A DNA stretch of 64,000 bases from an uncultured Actinomycetes bacterium. GTDB lineage: Bacteria > Actinomycetota > Thermoleophilia > UBA2241. The DNA lies in assembly GCA_963755025.1 (NCBI GenBank), contig CAVWIH010000027.1, forward strand, positions 23,068-87,067, given 5' to 3'. The notes below the pieces were generated by a model, which saw only the letters and a list, made by a program, of their open reading frames with translations, was not told the DNA's origin and made no database searches. Made by a program: the position numbers and the translations under genes. This document shows, one piece after another, positions 39,301 through 50,722 of this stretch; within the stretch, counting starts at the first letter, position 1; every line of letters starts with the position of its first letter.

Positions 39301-40755
39301 TCACTCTGCCACGCCGCACCAGCGCATGGTGGCCAGGGCGACCGCCGCCGCGGTGTCGACGAGCTCCTCGACGGCCACGCACTCGTCGACCGCGTGGGCC
39401 GTGTCCATGCCGCCCGGGCCGAACGAGAAGGTCGGTATGGCGCCGTGCAGGGTGAACGTCGCGGCGTCGTGCCAGGAGTCGAGCCCGCCGACCCGCGACG
39501 GCCGCCCCACCGCCGCCGCGGCGTCGAGCACGGTGCTCACCAGGGGGTGGTCGGCGGCGATCTCGGCGGGCGGCACCTCCCACTCCCACTCCCAGGCGAT
39601 CGGGTGGGCGGCCAGCCAGGGATCGCTCGCCGCGGCCCCGTCGATGCGCTCGCGGATCTCGGCCTTGACCGGCTCGGCCCCCAGCGTCGGGTGCCACTGA
39701 GCCGGCAGGTAGTGGCAGTCGAGGGTCAGGTGGCAGAAGGCGGGGTAGGTGACGTCCCAGGTGCCGCCGTCGACCAGGACCGGCACGATGTCGCCGGGGG
39801 CGAGCAGGGGGTGGCGCTGGTCGGCGCGCACCCGCCAGTCGGCGTTGATGCGCCGCACCTCGCTGAGCACCGGCACGAGCTTGTCGATGGCGTTGACGGC
39901 GCCGCCCTCGCGCCAGTCGGGCTGGGGCTCCTGGGAGTGCCCGGCGCGCCCCGGAATGGTGAGTCGCGGCTTGAGGATGCCGCGGCAGGCCACCCAGGCC
40001 TCGAAGCCGGTGGGCTCGGCGCACAGGCCCGCTGCCGGGTGCAAGCCGCGCTCCGCGAAACGGCGCACCACCGACCAGCTGCCGGCGCCCGACGACTCCT
40101 CGTCGGTGACCGAGGCGAACACGACCTCGCCGCCGAGCGCCACACCGGCCCGATGCAGCGCCTCGAGGGCGACGACCAGCGCGGCGAGGCCGCCCTTCAT
40201 GTCGTTCGTGCCGCGCCCGTAGAGCAGGCCGTCGCGCTCGGTGACCACGAAGGGATCGCTGGTCCACTGCTCGCGCGGCTCGACGCCGACTGCGTCGATG
40301 TGACCGGTGAGCAGCAGGCTGCGCTCCGCGGCGGCGCGCGCGACGTGCGGCGACGCGGCCGACCCGGCGGCGGCGCGCGCGGCGCGCGGCGACGCGGCCG
40401 ACCCGGCGGCGGCGGCCGCATCGGCGGCGGCCGCATCGGCGGCGGCCGTACTGCGCCCCGCCCCCGGCAGACGGGCGATCAGCTGGGGGCGGCCCACGAA
40501 GTCGAGCCCGGGCGGCACGAAGCGGCCACCGGCGCCGGTCGGTGCGGGCTCCCACAGGTCGATCTCGGCGCCCAGCGCGGCGAGGCGCGCCGCCAGCAGG
40601 CGCTGAAGCTGCGCTTCAGCGCGGGGCGGCGCGCCGGCGTCGCGCGCCGTGGTATCGAGGGCGACGAGCTGAGCGACCAGGTCGCAGAGCTCGTCGCGGC
40701 CGGCCCGCACGCGGGCCAAGACGCGCTCCTCCAGGGCTGTGCGTGCCGCGCTCAA
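39301..40755 (-). CDS. M20 ArgE/DapE-family deacylase
   Basis: GHIDAV, YGRGTNDMKGG, VTDEES, AEPT, GRAGH, AHAVDE; Ala-rich repeat insert at about 40325-40450. Confidence 0.9.
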   Translation of the reverse strand: MSAARTALEERVLARVRAGRDELCDLVAQLVALDTTARDAGAPPRAEAQLQRLLAARLAALGAEIDLWEPAPTGAGGRFVPPGLDFVGRPQLIARLPGAGRSTAAADAAAADAAAAAGSAASPRAARAAAGSAASPHVARAAAERSLLLTGHIDAVGVEPREQWTSDPFVVTERDGLLYGRGTNDMKGGLAALVVALEALHRAGVALGGEVVFASVTDEESSGAGSWSVVRRFAERGLHPAAGLCAEPTGFEAWVACRGILKPRLTIPGRAGHSQEPQPDWREGGAVNAIDKLVPVLSEVRRINADWRVRADQRHPLLAPGDIVPVLVDGGTWDVTYPAFCHLTLDCHYLPAQWHPTLGAEPVKAEIRERIDGAAASDPWLAAHPIAWEWEWEVPPAEIAADHPLVSTVLDAAAAVGRPSRVGGLDSWHDAATFTLHGAIPTFSFGPGGMDTAHAVDECVAVEELVDTAAAVALATMRWCGVAE

Positions 40756-40961
40756 TAGCTGCCTCGTTGTTCGTCGGCGCCCGGCCGCTGCGGCGCGCGC
40801 GACCGGGTGCTCTGCACGAGATCTCTCCGAGCGATTCTACGCCCGCACCCGAAGCCCGCCACACGAGAAGGTCCTTCGCCTCACGGCGGCGATACTCGGG
40901 AGAGTAGCCGCACCTGCTGTAAGCTTGCCGTGCCCGGCCGTAGCTCCAGGAGGTCTTTGCC

Positions 40962-41363
40962 ATGTGCGCCGACGAGCTATCAGACAAGATCCGCGTCATC
41001 AGGCCCCAGGACGTGAGTTGGCAGGAGGCGATGGTGGGTCCCGAAGAGCACGACCCGCCCGGCGAGGAGTGCGTCGCCGCGGCCTCGGCCGACGAGCGCT
41101 TCAGCTGCGGCCTGTGGCACCGCGACGTGCAGCGGCGCTACTTCGAACGGCCCTACCACGAGGTGGCCTTCATCCTCGAGGGGCAGGTAGAGGTGACCGA
41201 CGAAGACGGCAACCGGGTGATCGCCGGCCCCGGCGACATCCTCATCACGCCGCAGGGCAGCAAGGGCTACTGGAAGAACCTGGGCCCGGTGAAGAAGTTC
41301 TGGACGATCTACGAAGACCCGGCCGCCCATCTCGAGGCTTACCTCGGGCCCGGGGGGTTCTGA
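40962..41363 (+). CDS. Cupin (EutQ/DUF861-like) protein
   Basis: CGLW, YHEVAFILEGQV, GPGDILITPQGSKGYW, VKKFW; AGGAGG RBS. Confidence 0.82.
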   Translation: MCADELSDKIRVIRPQDVSWQEAMVGPEEHDPPGEECVAAASADERFSCGLWHRDVQRRYFERPYHEVAFILEGQVEVTDEDGNRVIAGPGDILITPQGSKGYWKNLGPVKKFWTIYEDPAAHLEAYLGPGGF

Positions 41364-41386
41364 CAGGCGATGAGCGGACGGCCCCG

Positions 41387-42067
41387 GTGACGCCGATCGG
41401 CCTGCCGCTGCCCGACGTGGTGCCGGTGTTGCGCGGTACCGGGGTCGCGCTGCGCCCGCCGCGGCCCGCCGACGGCGGCGTGATCGCCCGCCTGGGCGTC
41501 GACCCGGCGATGGAACGCTTCTTCGGGGTCGAGCACGCCACCCGGCGCGGACTCACCTCGGCCGAGGCGCACGCCGCTCTTTCGCACCTCGGCAGCCGCA
41601 CCGGCACGCAGGGCTGGGTGATCGAGCGCGACGGCCGTCTGGTGGGCCTCGCCCGGCTCTTCGCCGTCGAACCCGACGAGCGCCGCGCGCGCTACGCCGT
41701 GACGCTTCTCTCCCACGACTGGGTCAACCAGGGGATGGGCACCGAGGCGACCCGTCTGGTGCTCGCCTACGCCTTCGGGGTGCTCGGCCTCCACCGGGTG
41801 TCGGCCCGGGTGCTGTCGTTCAACGAGCGGGCCCTGGCCTGCTTTCGTGCCTGCGGGTTCGTCGAAGAGGGCCGCGAACGCGAGAGCGTGCCCTTCGAAG
41901 GGTTGCGCTACGACCTGGTGCTCATGGGCGTGCTCGACCGCGAGTTCGCCGCCCTGGCGGCGGCGCGACCCGAGTGCGCCCGCCTGTCGGCGCTCGCCCG
42001 CGTGGTGCGCGACGAGCTCGCCGAGCGCCCCGCCGGCGCGCCACCCGCACCCGCTCGATCTTTCTAG
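41387..42067 (+). CDS. RimJ/RimL-type GNAT acetyltransferase
   Basis: NQGMGTEA, FGVLGLHRV, FNERALACFRACGFVEEGRERE. Confidence 0.85.
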   Translation: MTPIGLPLPDVVPVLRGTGVALRPPRPADGGVIARLGVDPAMERFFGVEHATRRGLTSAEAHAALSHLGSRTGTQGWVIERDGRLVGLARLFAVEPDERRARYAVTLLSHDWVNQGMGTEATRLVLAYAFGVLGLHRVSARVLSFNERALACFRACGFVEEGRERESVPFEGLRYDLVLMGVLDREFAALAAARPECARLSALARVVRDELAERPAGAPPAPARSF

Positions 42068-42119
42068 CCGCACACCCGCGCGCGCGAGCCGCGAGAACGC
42101 GGCCGGCCGCGCGAGCCCG

Positions 42120-43724
42120 CTAACCGCGCACCCGCACCTTGAAGCTCGCGGCTCCCGAACCGCCGCGCCGGTCGTACACGCGCACCGTCACGGTGAACAC
42201 GCCGTCACGGTGGTAGACGTGGCCGAGCAGGAAGCTGTGCGAGCGGCCCACGGAGCGCCGGGTCTGCGATCCGTCGCCCCACACGACCACCGTGCGCCAG
42301 ACGTCGGCGCCGGGGTCGGTGAACGCGATGCGACGGCGCAAGGCGACACCGCGGCGCGCGACGCCGGGGCGCTGGGCCGCGACGCGCGGCGCCACGTTGC
42401 GCACCACGACCTTGAAGCGCGTGGCGCCGGCGCCGGCGCCGTCACCGTTCACCGTCACCCTGACCACGTAGCTGCCGGCCACCTTGTAGCGGTGCGCCAG
42501 GCTGAAGCTGTGGTCGGGCGCCAGGGTGAGCGGCTGTGCGCCGCCGCCGTAGTCGACCGTGGCCGTCCAGCCTGTGTCGGCGCCCGCGTCGGTGAACGAC
42601 CCGGCGCGGGCGAAGCTCTGGCCTTCGGACAGCGTCGCGTCGCCGCCGGCGCTCACCACGAGGGCCGCGGGCTGCAACGAGCGCGTGTCGACGACCTCGA
42701 AGTCGCCGCCGGTGACCCGACCGAGCTCGTGCAGGTCGTCGTCGCTCCAGCGCGGGTCGGGGGCGCCCGAGACGTACCAGTTCGAGCCGTTGTCGGCGAC
42801 CATCATGCCGTAAGTCTTGAGCGCCTGCAGGATGACGCGCACCTCGGGCGAGAAGCCCGAGATGTCGAAGCTCGCCTTCAGGCGCACGCGCAGGCCCATG
42901 GGCGGCAAGTCGGGGTTCGTGTCGCTGCTCGCGTAGTGCGTCGCCGGGTACACGTAGGCCTTCTGCGTCTGTGCCACCGTGAAGCGCAGGGCGTGGTCGA
43001 TGACGCCCTTGGTGACCGCCTCGTCGTAGCGCACGAGACCGGGCAGGATGGGCAGGCCGGCGGCGTCGGCCGACGTCCAGCCGGCCGGCCGGGTGGCATT
43101 ACTGGTCAGGTCGAAGACCGCTCCCGAACCCGCCTTCCAGCTGCCGTCGCCCTGCGGATAGGCATCGAAGAGCTCGTAGAGCACCTGGTTGTCGGTGTCG
43201 AGCACCAGCACGTGGCGGTCGCCGTCGCTGTTCGGGCCGCCCTCGATGGGGGCGTCGGAGGGGATCGGATAGGGCCCGGGGTCGCTCTCGTCGGCGTAAT
43301 CGAACGAGACCGGCACCTTCTTCTGCGTACCCGAGACGCAGACGTAGGGGATGCCGTTGGGGGCGCCGTCCCAGGTCGTGCCGAAGTCGGCGTGCAGGCC
43401 GGTGGTCAGGCCCATGCTGCGCAGATAGGCGGCCGAGTTCGGGTCGACGGGCAGCGTGTCGACGGGCGTGTTCCAGGGGTTGTTCGTCGGGAACAGGGTG
43501 AAGGGGATGGGGCTGTCGAGCCCGAACGTGGCGGCCTCGGCGGCGCGCGGCGCGGCGGCCAGCAGGCAGAGCGCGAGCAGCGCCACGGCCAGCACGAACA
43601 GGCCGGCGGCGGGCGGCGGCAGGAACGATCGCGAGCCGGTAGGCGTGCGCAGGAACAGTCTCGAGCCGGTGGGCGTGCGCAGGAACAGTCTCGAGCCGGT
43701 GGGCGTGCGCCGCGTCTTGGCCAT
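42120..43724 (-). CDS. Secreted protein: conserved uncharacterised N-domain plus two PKD-like domains
   Basis: Signal peptide; NNPWN, GIPY, DGDRHV, SADAAGLPILPGLVRYDE, PPMGLRVRL; FTDAG..WTATVDYG and FTDPG..VVWGDG PKD motifs. Confidence 0.7.
   Translation of the reverse strand: MAKTRRTPTGSRLFLRTPTGSRLFLRTPTGSRSFLPPPAAGLFVLAVALLALCLLAAAPRAAEAATFGLDSPIPFTLFPTNNPWNTPVDTLPVDPNSAAYLRSMGLTTGLHADFGTTWDGAPNGIPYVCVSGTQKKVPVSFDYADESDPGPYPIPSDAPIEGGPNSDGDRHVLVLDTDNQVLYELFDAYPQGDGSWKAGSGAVFDLTSNATRPAGWTSADAAGLPILPGLVRYDEAVTKGVIDHALRFTVAQTQKAYVYPATHYASSDTNPDLPPMGLRVRLKASFDISGFSPEVRVILQALKTYGMMVADNGSNWYVSGAPDPRWSDDDLHELGRVTGGDFEVVDTRSLQPAALVVSAGGDATLSEGQSFARAGSFTDAGADTGWTATVDYGGGAQPLTLAPDHSFSLAHRYKVAGSYVVRVTVNGDGAGAGATRFKVVVRNVAPRVAAQRPGVARRGVALRRRIAFTDPGADVWRTVVVWGDGSQTRRSVGRSHSFLLGHVYHRDGVFTVTVRVYDRRGGSGAASFKVRVRG
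43621..43710 (-). repeat. 30-bp tandem repeat x3 (RTPTGSRLFL)
   Basis: AGGAACAGTCTCGAGCCGGTGGGCGTGCGC-like units at 43621, 43651, 43681. Confidence 0.9.
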
Positions 43725-43889
43725 CGTGCCTCCTTGGGACCGCCGGCGTGGCGGGACCGTCGCGCCCGCGCCTGAGGACCGTATCGGCCGGGCTGGAGAC
43801 CCGGCTTACCGCTTAGCGTAGACCATTCTGGCTATCGGGTCCGACGGCGACGGCGCGAGCCTCGAAGGAGCGGTGGTAGCATCGCCCGC

Positions 43890-45228
43890 ATGGACGCGCG
43901 CCCCACCCCGCTCACGATGCGCCGCCGCCTGGCGGCGCTGCCGGGCAACGTCGTCGCCCTGGGCATCGTCAGTCTGATCGCCGACTTCAGCTCCGAGATG
44001 ATTTACCCGGTGTTCCCCGGCTTCGTGACCCGCGTGCTGGGCGCCTCGGCGGCGATCCTGGGGCTGATCGAGGGCGCGGCCGAGGCGACCGCCAGCCTCA
44101 CCCGTTACCCCTTCGGCCGGCTCTCCGACCAGATCGGCCGGCGGCGCCCGTTCGTGCTCGGCGGCTACGGCTTGGCCGCCCTCGGCAAGCTCGTGCTGGC
44201 GGTGGCCTTCGTCTGGCCGGTCGCGTTCCTTGGGCGGGTGCTCGACCGCACCGGCAAGGGCATGCGCACGGCGCCACGCGACGCCCTGCTCGCGGCCGGC
44301 GTGCGCGACCAGGACCGCGGCCTCGCCTTTGGCCTGCACCGCACCATGGACACGGCCGGCGCCGTGCTGGGGCCGCTGTTCACCCTGCTCCTCCTGCACC
44401 TCGGCGTCTCGCTGCGCTGGGTCTTCGCCCTGGCGGTCATACCGGGATTGCTCAGCGTGGTCGTCATCTGGAGAGGCGTGCGCGAGCGCGCGGCGCGCGG
44501 GGCGGCTGCGCCGGAGCGCGGCGGCGCGCGAGACGAGCGAAGCGACCGCGACGAGGGGCGCAGCGGCCGCGACCGCGACGGGCGGCTCCGCGGCGTCCGC
44601 GCAGAGCGCCGCGCCGGGCTCCGCAGCCCCGGCGGCCGCCGCTCGCGCGCGCCTGCGCCTGCCCGCGTCGCGGCGCTTTCGCCGCCTGCTGCTGGCTTCG
44701 CTCGTCTTTGCCGTGGGCAACTCGAGCAACGCCTTCATCCTGCTCAAGGCCTCGTCGGTAGGCTACAGCGAGACCGGCGTGATCCTCGTCTACGTGCTCT
44801 ACAACCTGACGTACGCGGCCGGCTCGCTGCCTCTCGGAGGCCTGTCGGACCGTATCGGTCAATTCCCCGTGGTGACCGGCGGCTTCCTCGTGTTCGCGGC
44901 GGTCTACGCGGGCTTCGCCGCGGCCCACGGCATGGCGGCGGTCGCGTTGCTGTTCGCAGCCTACGGCCTGTACATCGCGGCCACCGAAGGCACCACCAAG
45001 GCGCTCATCAGCCGCACCGCCCCCGACGCGGAGCGCGCCTCGGCGATGGGCTTCTTCGACACCTCGATCGGCCTCGCGAGCTTTGCCGCGAGCGCCATCG
45101 GCGGCCTGCTGTGGTGGTCGGTCGGCCCCTGGGCGACGTTCCTGTTCGGCGCCGTCACCGCGGCGCTCGCCGCCGTGCTGCTGCTGCTCTTCGCACGAGG
45201 GATAGAGCCTCGGCCGCAGAAAGCCTGA
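43890..45228 (+). CDS. MFS transporter, frameshifted at about 44490-44530
   Basis: DFSSEMIYP, GRLSDQIGRRRP, DRTGKGMRTAPRDAL; second half GNSSNAF, GGLSDRIG in the shifted frame. Confidence 0.85.
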
Positions 45229-45312
45229 CGAGCAGACTCCGCGCGCTCCCGCCGGCTCTGGTCTGGAGCCCGCGAGGCGCGATCCGACCGCCGGCCCGAG
45301 GAGACCGCGCCG

Positions 45313-46587
45313 ATGAGATCGACCGTGAGCGCCACACACGACAGGCAACGGGTCCGGTATGAACGGAGCGTCTTGAGCTGGCGCCTGGGCGCCGCGGCGC
45401 TCGCCGCGTTCGTCGCGCTCGCGGTGGCGGCGATGCTCGCCGCCTGCGGCGGCGGCTCGCCGGCGCCGGCCGCAACTGTGACCATCACCGCCACGCCGAG
45501 GGCGTCGTCGAGCGCCTCGCCGACTCCGGGTGCTTCGGCGACCAGCGCCACCGTCAGCGCGCAGCTCGTCGTGGCCGTAGCCAGCGGCCCCAAGGCCAAC
45601 GGCATCAGCGTGGTCAACGCCACCGGCAAGGTGAAGCAGCTCGTCGCCCCGAGCGGCGGCCCCATCAGCGACCTCGCCTGGGCGCCCGATGGGCAGCGCC
45701 TGGCGTTCCTGCGGGCGGTCAGTGACACCGACTCGACGAGCAGCCTCTTCGTCTACAACGTGCCGCGCAAGCTGCTCTACCAGGTCGGCGCCGGTATCTC
45801 GCCGGCCACGATCCAGAGCTTCGCCTGGCTGGGCGCGACCCAGCTCGTCGAGTGCTACTTTCCGGTCGGCGCCACCACTTACCGCGCCAACGGCACGCTC
45901 TACGTGCGCGACATCGCCAAGAGCTCGGGGCAGGCCCTCAAAGACAGCGGCGGCCACCTGGTCAAAGGCTCGAGCGTCTCGGCGTCGGCCGACGGCGTGC
46001 ACCTCGCCTTTGTCACCTACGGCGCCAAGTCGGGCGGCATGATCGCCGAGAAGCTGCACCTCTACGAGGCCGCCGACCTCGCCGTGACGACCGTGGCCAC
46101 CGGGTCGGCGCCGGCGCAGGACGACGGCGACCAGTTCACCTACCCCGCCATCTCGCCCGACGGCTCGCTGATCGCCACCGAGCAGACCGGCAGCGACATC
46201 GGCTTCGGACTGACAGTGTACGGCGCCGACGGCGCCAAGCACCTGCAGACGGGCTCGCTGGTGTGGCCGTCGCCGGTGTCGTGGACCTCGTACGGGCCGC
46301 GCCTCGCCTTTAGCGGCGGGGTGGCCTCGGGCGGCGGCGAAAACGACGCGCTCAACGTCTGGGCGCCCGGAGCGAGCACCGCGACGCGCATCCTCACGGT
46401 CGCCAAGCTGCCCGTCACGTCGCTTGCCTTTACGCCCAAGGCCTCGCAGATCGCCTACGCCGTGGCTAAGACAAGCGGCCTGCAGAGCACCCTGTGGATC
46501 GTCGACTCAGATGGCTCCAACAGGCACCTGCTGCTGGGCGACGGCAGCTCGCCGGCCTGGGCGGTCGCGCGCGTCGCCTTCCCCTGA
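45313..46587 (+). CDS. TolB/PD40 beta-propeller lipoprotein
   Basis: LAAC lipobox, Ser/Thr/Pro linker, WAPDGQRLAF, ISPDGSLIA, DSDGSNRH...SPAW; start codon uncertain. Confidence 0.75.
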   Translation: MRSTVSATHDRQRVRYERSVLSWRLGAAALAAFVALAVAAMLAACGGGSPAPAATVTITATPRASSSASPTPGASATSATVSAQLVVAVASGPKANGISVVNATGKVKQLVAPSGGPISDLAWAPDGQRLAFLRAVSDTDSTSSLFVYNVPRKLLYQVGAGISPATIQSFAWLGATQLVECYFPVGATTYRANGTLYVRDIAKSSGQALKDSGGHLVKGSSVSASADGVHLAFVTYGAKSGGMIAEKLHLYEAADLAVTTVATGSAPAQDDGDQFTYPAISPDGSLIATEQTGSDIGFGLTVYGADGAKHLQTGSLVWPSPVSWTSYGPRLAFSGGVASGGGENDALNVWAPGASTATRILTVAKLPVTSLAFTPKASQIAYAVAKTSGLQSTLWIVDSDGSNRHLLLGDGSSPAWAVARVAFP

Positions 46588-46741
46588 CCGTACGCGCCCG
46601 GGACGCTCGCGTCGCGCGCAGACCGGACGGGCCGCGACCAGACATGCAGGCAGCTTGGGCCGAATGGGCCGTGACCAGACACGCGGGAATGACCGCAACG
46701 ACAGGCAAAGAGGACGGCGGCGGTGCGCCAAGGGGGGAATG

Positions 46742-46818
46742 TGGCGGGAGCGACGAGACTCGAACTCGCGACCTCCGGCGTGACAGGCCGGCGTTCTAAC
46801 CAGCTGAACTACGCCCCC
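46742..46818 (-). tRNA. tRNA-Asp (GUC)
   Basis: GGGGGCG-TA-GTTCAGCTGGTTAGAAC-G-CCGGCCT-GTC-ACGCCGG-AGGTC-GCGAGTTCGAGTCTCGT-CGCTCCC-G-CCA cloverleaf; TGcTACAAT promoter at about 46877-46885. Confidence 0.97.
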
Positions 46819-46960
46819 GCGAAGAAGCGACGACCGGCGGCCACGGGCGCACCGGTCGTAAGTGCAGTGACGACGGATTGTAGCAGATGAGCACAGGTCG
46901 GCAAACCTCGCGGGGCGTTGCACCACCCGCGCCGGCGCGCGCCGTGGCATACTCAGGCTC

Positions 46961-47800
46961 ATGACCGGCTACCCGTACGACCCGGCCGACTACGACGCCT
47001 ACAACTCGAGCGAGCTCGCCGAGATCTACGACGCCGTCTACGCCGACCGCGACGACCACGCCTTCTGGGCCGCGGTCGCGCCGGCCGACGGCGCCATCCT
47101 CGAGCTCGCCTGCGGCACGGGGCGCGTGCTGCTGCCGCTGGCCCGCGCCGGCCACGAGATCGTCGGCCTCGACCTGTCGGCACAGATGCTCGAGCGCTGT
47201 CGTGCGCACCTGGCCGTCGAGCCTGCGGCGGTGCGCGAGCGCGTGCGGCTGGTGCAGGCCGACATGACCTCGTTCGAGCTCGGGCGGCGCTTCGCGCTCG
47301 TCACGAGCCCGTTCCGCGGCTTTCAGCACATCACGAGCGTCGAGCGCCAGCTCGCCTGCCTGGGCCGCTGCCATGCCCACCTCGCCCCTCACGGCCGGCT
47401 CGTGCTCGACCTCTTCAACCCCGACCCGGCGCTGCTCTACGAGCGCGGCGGCAGCGACGGCGAGGAGACGGCCGAGACGGTCGCCTGGAGCGAGGGCCGC
47501 ACGATCCGCTGGTGGGGCCACGTCACCGGCTTTCACCGCGCCCGCCAGGTCAACCAGTGCGAGATGACCTACGAGATCAGCGAGCCCGACGGCCGCTCGC
47601 GACGGATCACCGAGCGCTTCCCCATGCGCTACCTGTTCCGCCACGAGCTCGAGCACCTGCTGGCCCGGTCGGGTTTTGCCATCGAGGCGCTCTACGGCGA
47701 TTACGACCGTTCACCGTACGGCGACGACTCGCCGGAGCTGATCGTGGTCGCCCGAGCCATCGCGTGGCCCGCGTCCTTTGCGCATGAGCGGACGGCGTAG
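46961..47800 (+). CDS. Class I SAM-dependent methyltransferase
   Basis: LELACGTGR, GLDLSAQML, QADM, HLAPHGRL. Confidence 0.9.
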   Translation: MTGYPYDPADYDAYNSSELAEIYDAVYADRDDHAFWAAVAPADGAILELACGTGRVLLPLARAGHEIVGLDLSAQMLERCRAHLAVEPAAVRERVRLVQADMTSFELGRRFALVTSPFRGFQHITSVERQLACLGRCHAHLAPHGRLVLDLFNPDPALLYERGGSDGEETAETVAWSEGRTIRWWGHVTGFHRARQVNQCEMTYEISEPDGRSRRITERFPMRYLFRHELEHLLARSGFAIEALYGDYDRSPYGDDSPELIVVARAIAWPASFAHERTA

Positions 47801-47847
47801 TACGTTCAGCGCCATCGAGCCCTTCACCCTGGGCACACAAAGGAGTC

Positions 47848-49454
<1,607 letters not shown>

Positions 49455-49458
<4 letters not shown>

Positions 49459-49575
49459 ACGAGCACGACTCCAGCGAGCCGCCGCCTCTCAGCGACGCGG
49501 CGCGCGTTCAGCGGCGGCTGTGGGGCACCGACCCGTGGACGTGGCGGAGCACGCCGAGGCGCACGACCTGCCGCT
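49455..49575 (+). pseudogene. Truncated 5' fragment of a probable methyltransferase gene
   Basis: GTGA overlap; ARVQRRLWGTDP..W/AEHAEAHDLPL resembles N-termini of actinobacterial methyltransferases as I recall them; ends abruptly. Confidence 0.4.
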
Positions 49576-49579
49576 GACA

Positions 49580-50592
49580 GCGCGCCGCCGTCACCGCATG
49601 CGCGCTCGGCTGCGCCGCCGCGCGACCGCAGCCGGCTCGCGCCCTGAACTCGAGCGACCTGCGCATGAAACAGGACGTCCAGCTGCTCAAGGGCTACATC
49701 GACGCCCAGGGAGCCGCGACGGTTTCCTGTATCCGACCGGCACGCAGGTGCGCAAGGCGGCGGCCTGATCGCCCCCATCTGGCCCCTCAGCCCGTTCAGC
49801 GGCCTTCCCCTGGCGCCCGGCGCCGCAGCCGGCCACTACACCTACACCGTGGCAGCCGATCGCCAGAGCTACGCGCTCACCGGACGCCTCTCGAAGGGGC
49901 GTACGTACACGGTGCGCGGTGCGAGTCCAGCCTGGCTGGCCGCCGAGCGCGCCAAAGACGCCGCCGCCCTGACCAAGGTCAGCGACAAGGTCGTGAAGGT
50001 GGGCACGGAGTACATCGCCTCGATCATCGACCGCTTCGCCGTCGACAACAACGACGCCTATCCGACCGCCGGCATGGTCGCCCCATCCACGATGATCGAG
50101 TCCGGTCAGCCGCTCTACGATTACTGGCCAGTGAACCCGTGGTACGGCACGGTGATGTGCGAGGGCCCAGGGCTGGGTTCGTACATCTACACCCTGCCGA
50201 GCGCGTCGAGCTGTGCTCTCACCGGACACCTCTCAAGCACCGACTTCACCGTCGGCGAAAGCGCCACGACCGACCCCGTCGTCAACGGCCTCCTCAACGA
50301 ACAGGACCGGGCGGCCGAAGCCGGCTGCCAGGCGCTCAAGGACTACGTCGACGAGTGGACGCTCGCTCACGACGGCGCGCTCACGACGGTCGCCCAGCTC
50401 GCGCCTACCGGCGTCGTCGGCCTGGCGCACGCCTGGTGGCCGACGGACCCGTTCTCCGCCGCGGGGAACAGCATGGAGCCGGGAGCGCAAGAAGGGAACT
50501 ACGCCTACACGCCCGGCGACGACGGCACGTTCACGGTGACGGTCAACCTCGTGGCGACCTCAAAGTACCCCTCGAGCTACACCGCTGAGTAG
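49580..50592 (+). CDS. Secreted protein with three tandem pilin/GspG-head-like repeats; 5' part frameshifted
   Basis: Three repeats of helix-(YP)...WPxxP(F/W)...GxYxYT...LTGxLS (third copy more diverged); intact frame 49849-50592; indels near 49720 and 49757. Confidence 0.55.
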
Positions 50593-50686
50593 CCTGTCTG
50601 AGGCGCGGCGGCAGGCTCACGGGGCCGCAGCGGCAGGCTCACGGCCGCGGCGCATGCTCGGAGTCGCGCCATGATGCGCGCGGAAC

Positions 50687-50722
50687 TGGTGGGCCTGACT
50701 GGACAACTCTCGAACCACCTCC
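50687..50722 (-). mobile_element. Degenerate tRNA(Ile-like) 3' fragment, putative att scar
   Basis: Minus strand GGAGGT-GGTTCGA-gagtt-GTCCAGTCAGGCCCACCA; coincides with a visible drop in GC. Confidence 0.55.

Noticed and set aside
46590-46741. Integrative element at the tRNA-Asp 3' end
   Set aside because: No integrase or duplicated tRNA-Asp end seen; only a short local imperfect repeat (GGGCCGYGACCAGACAYGC x2).
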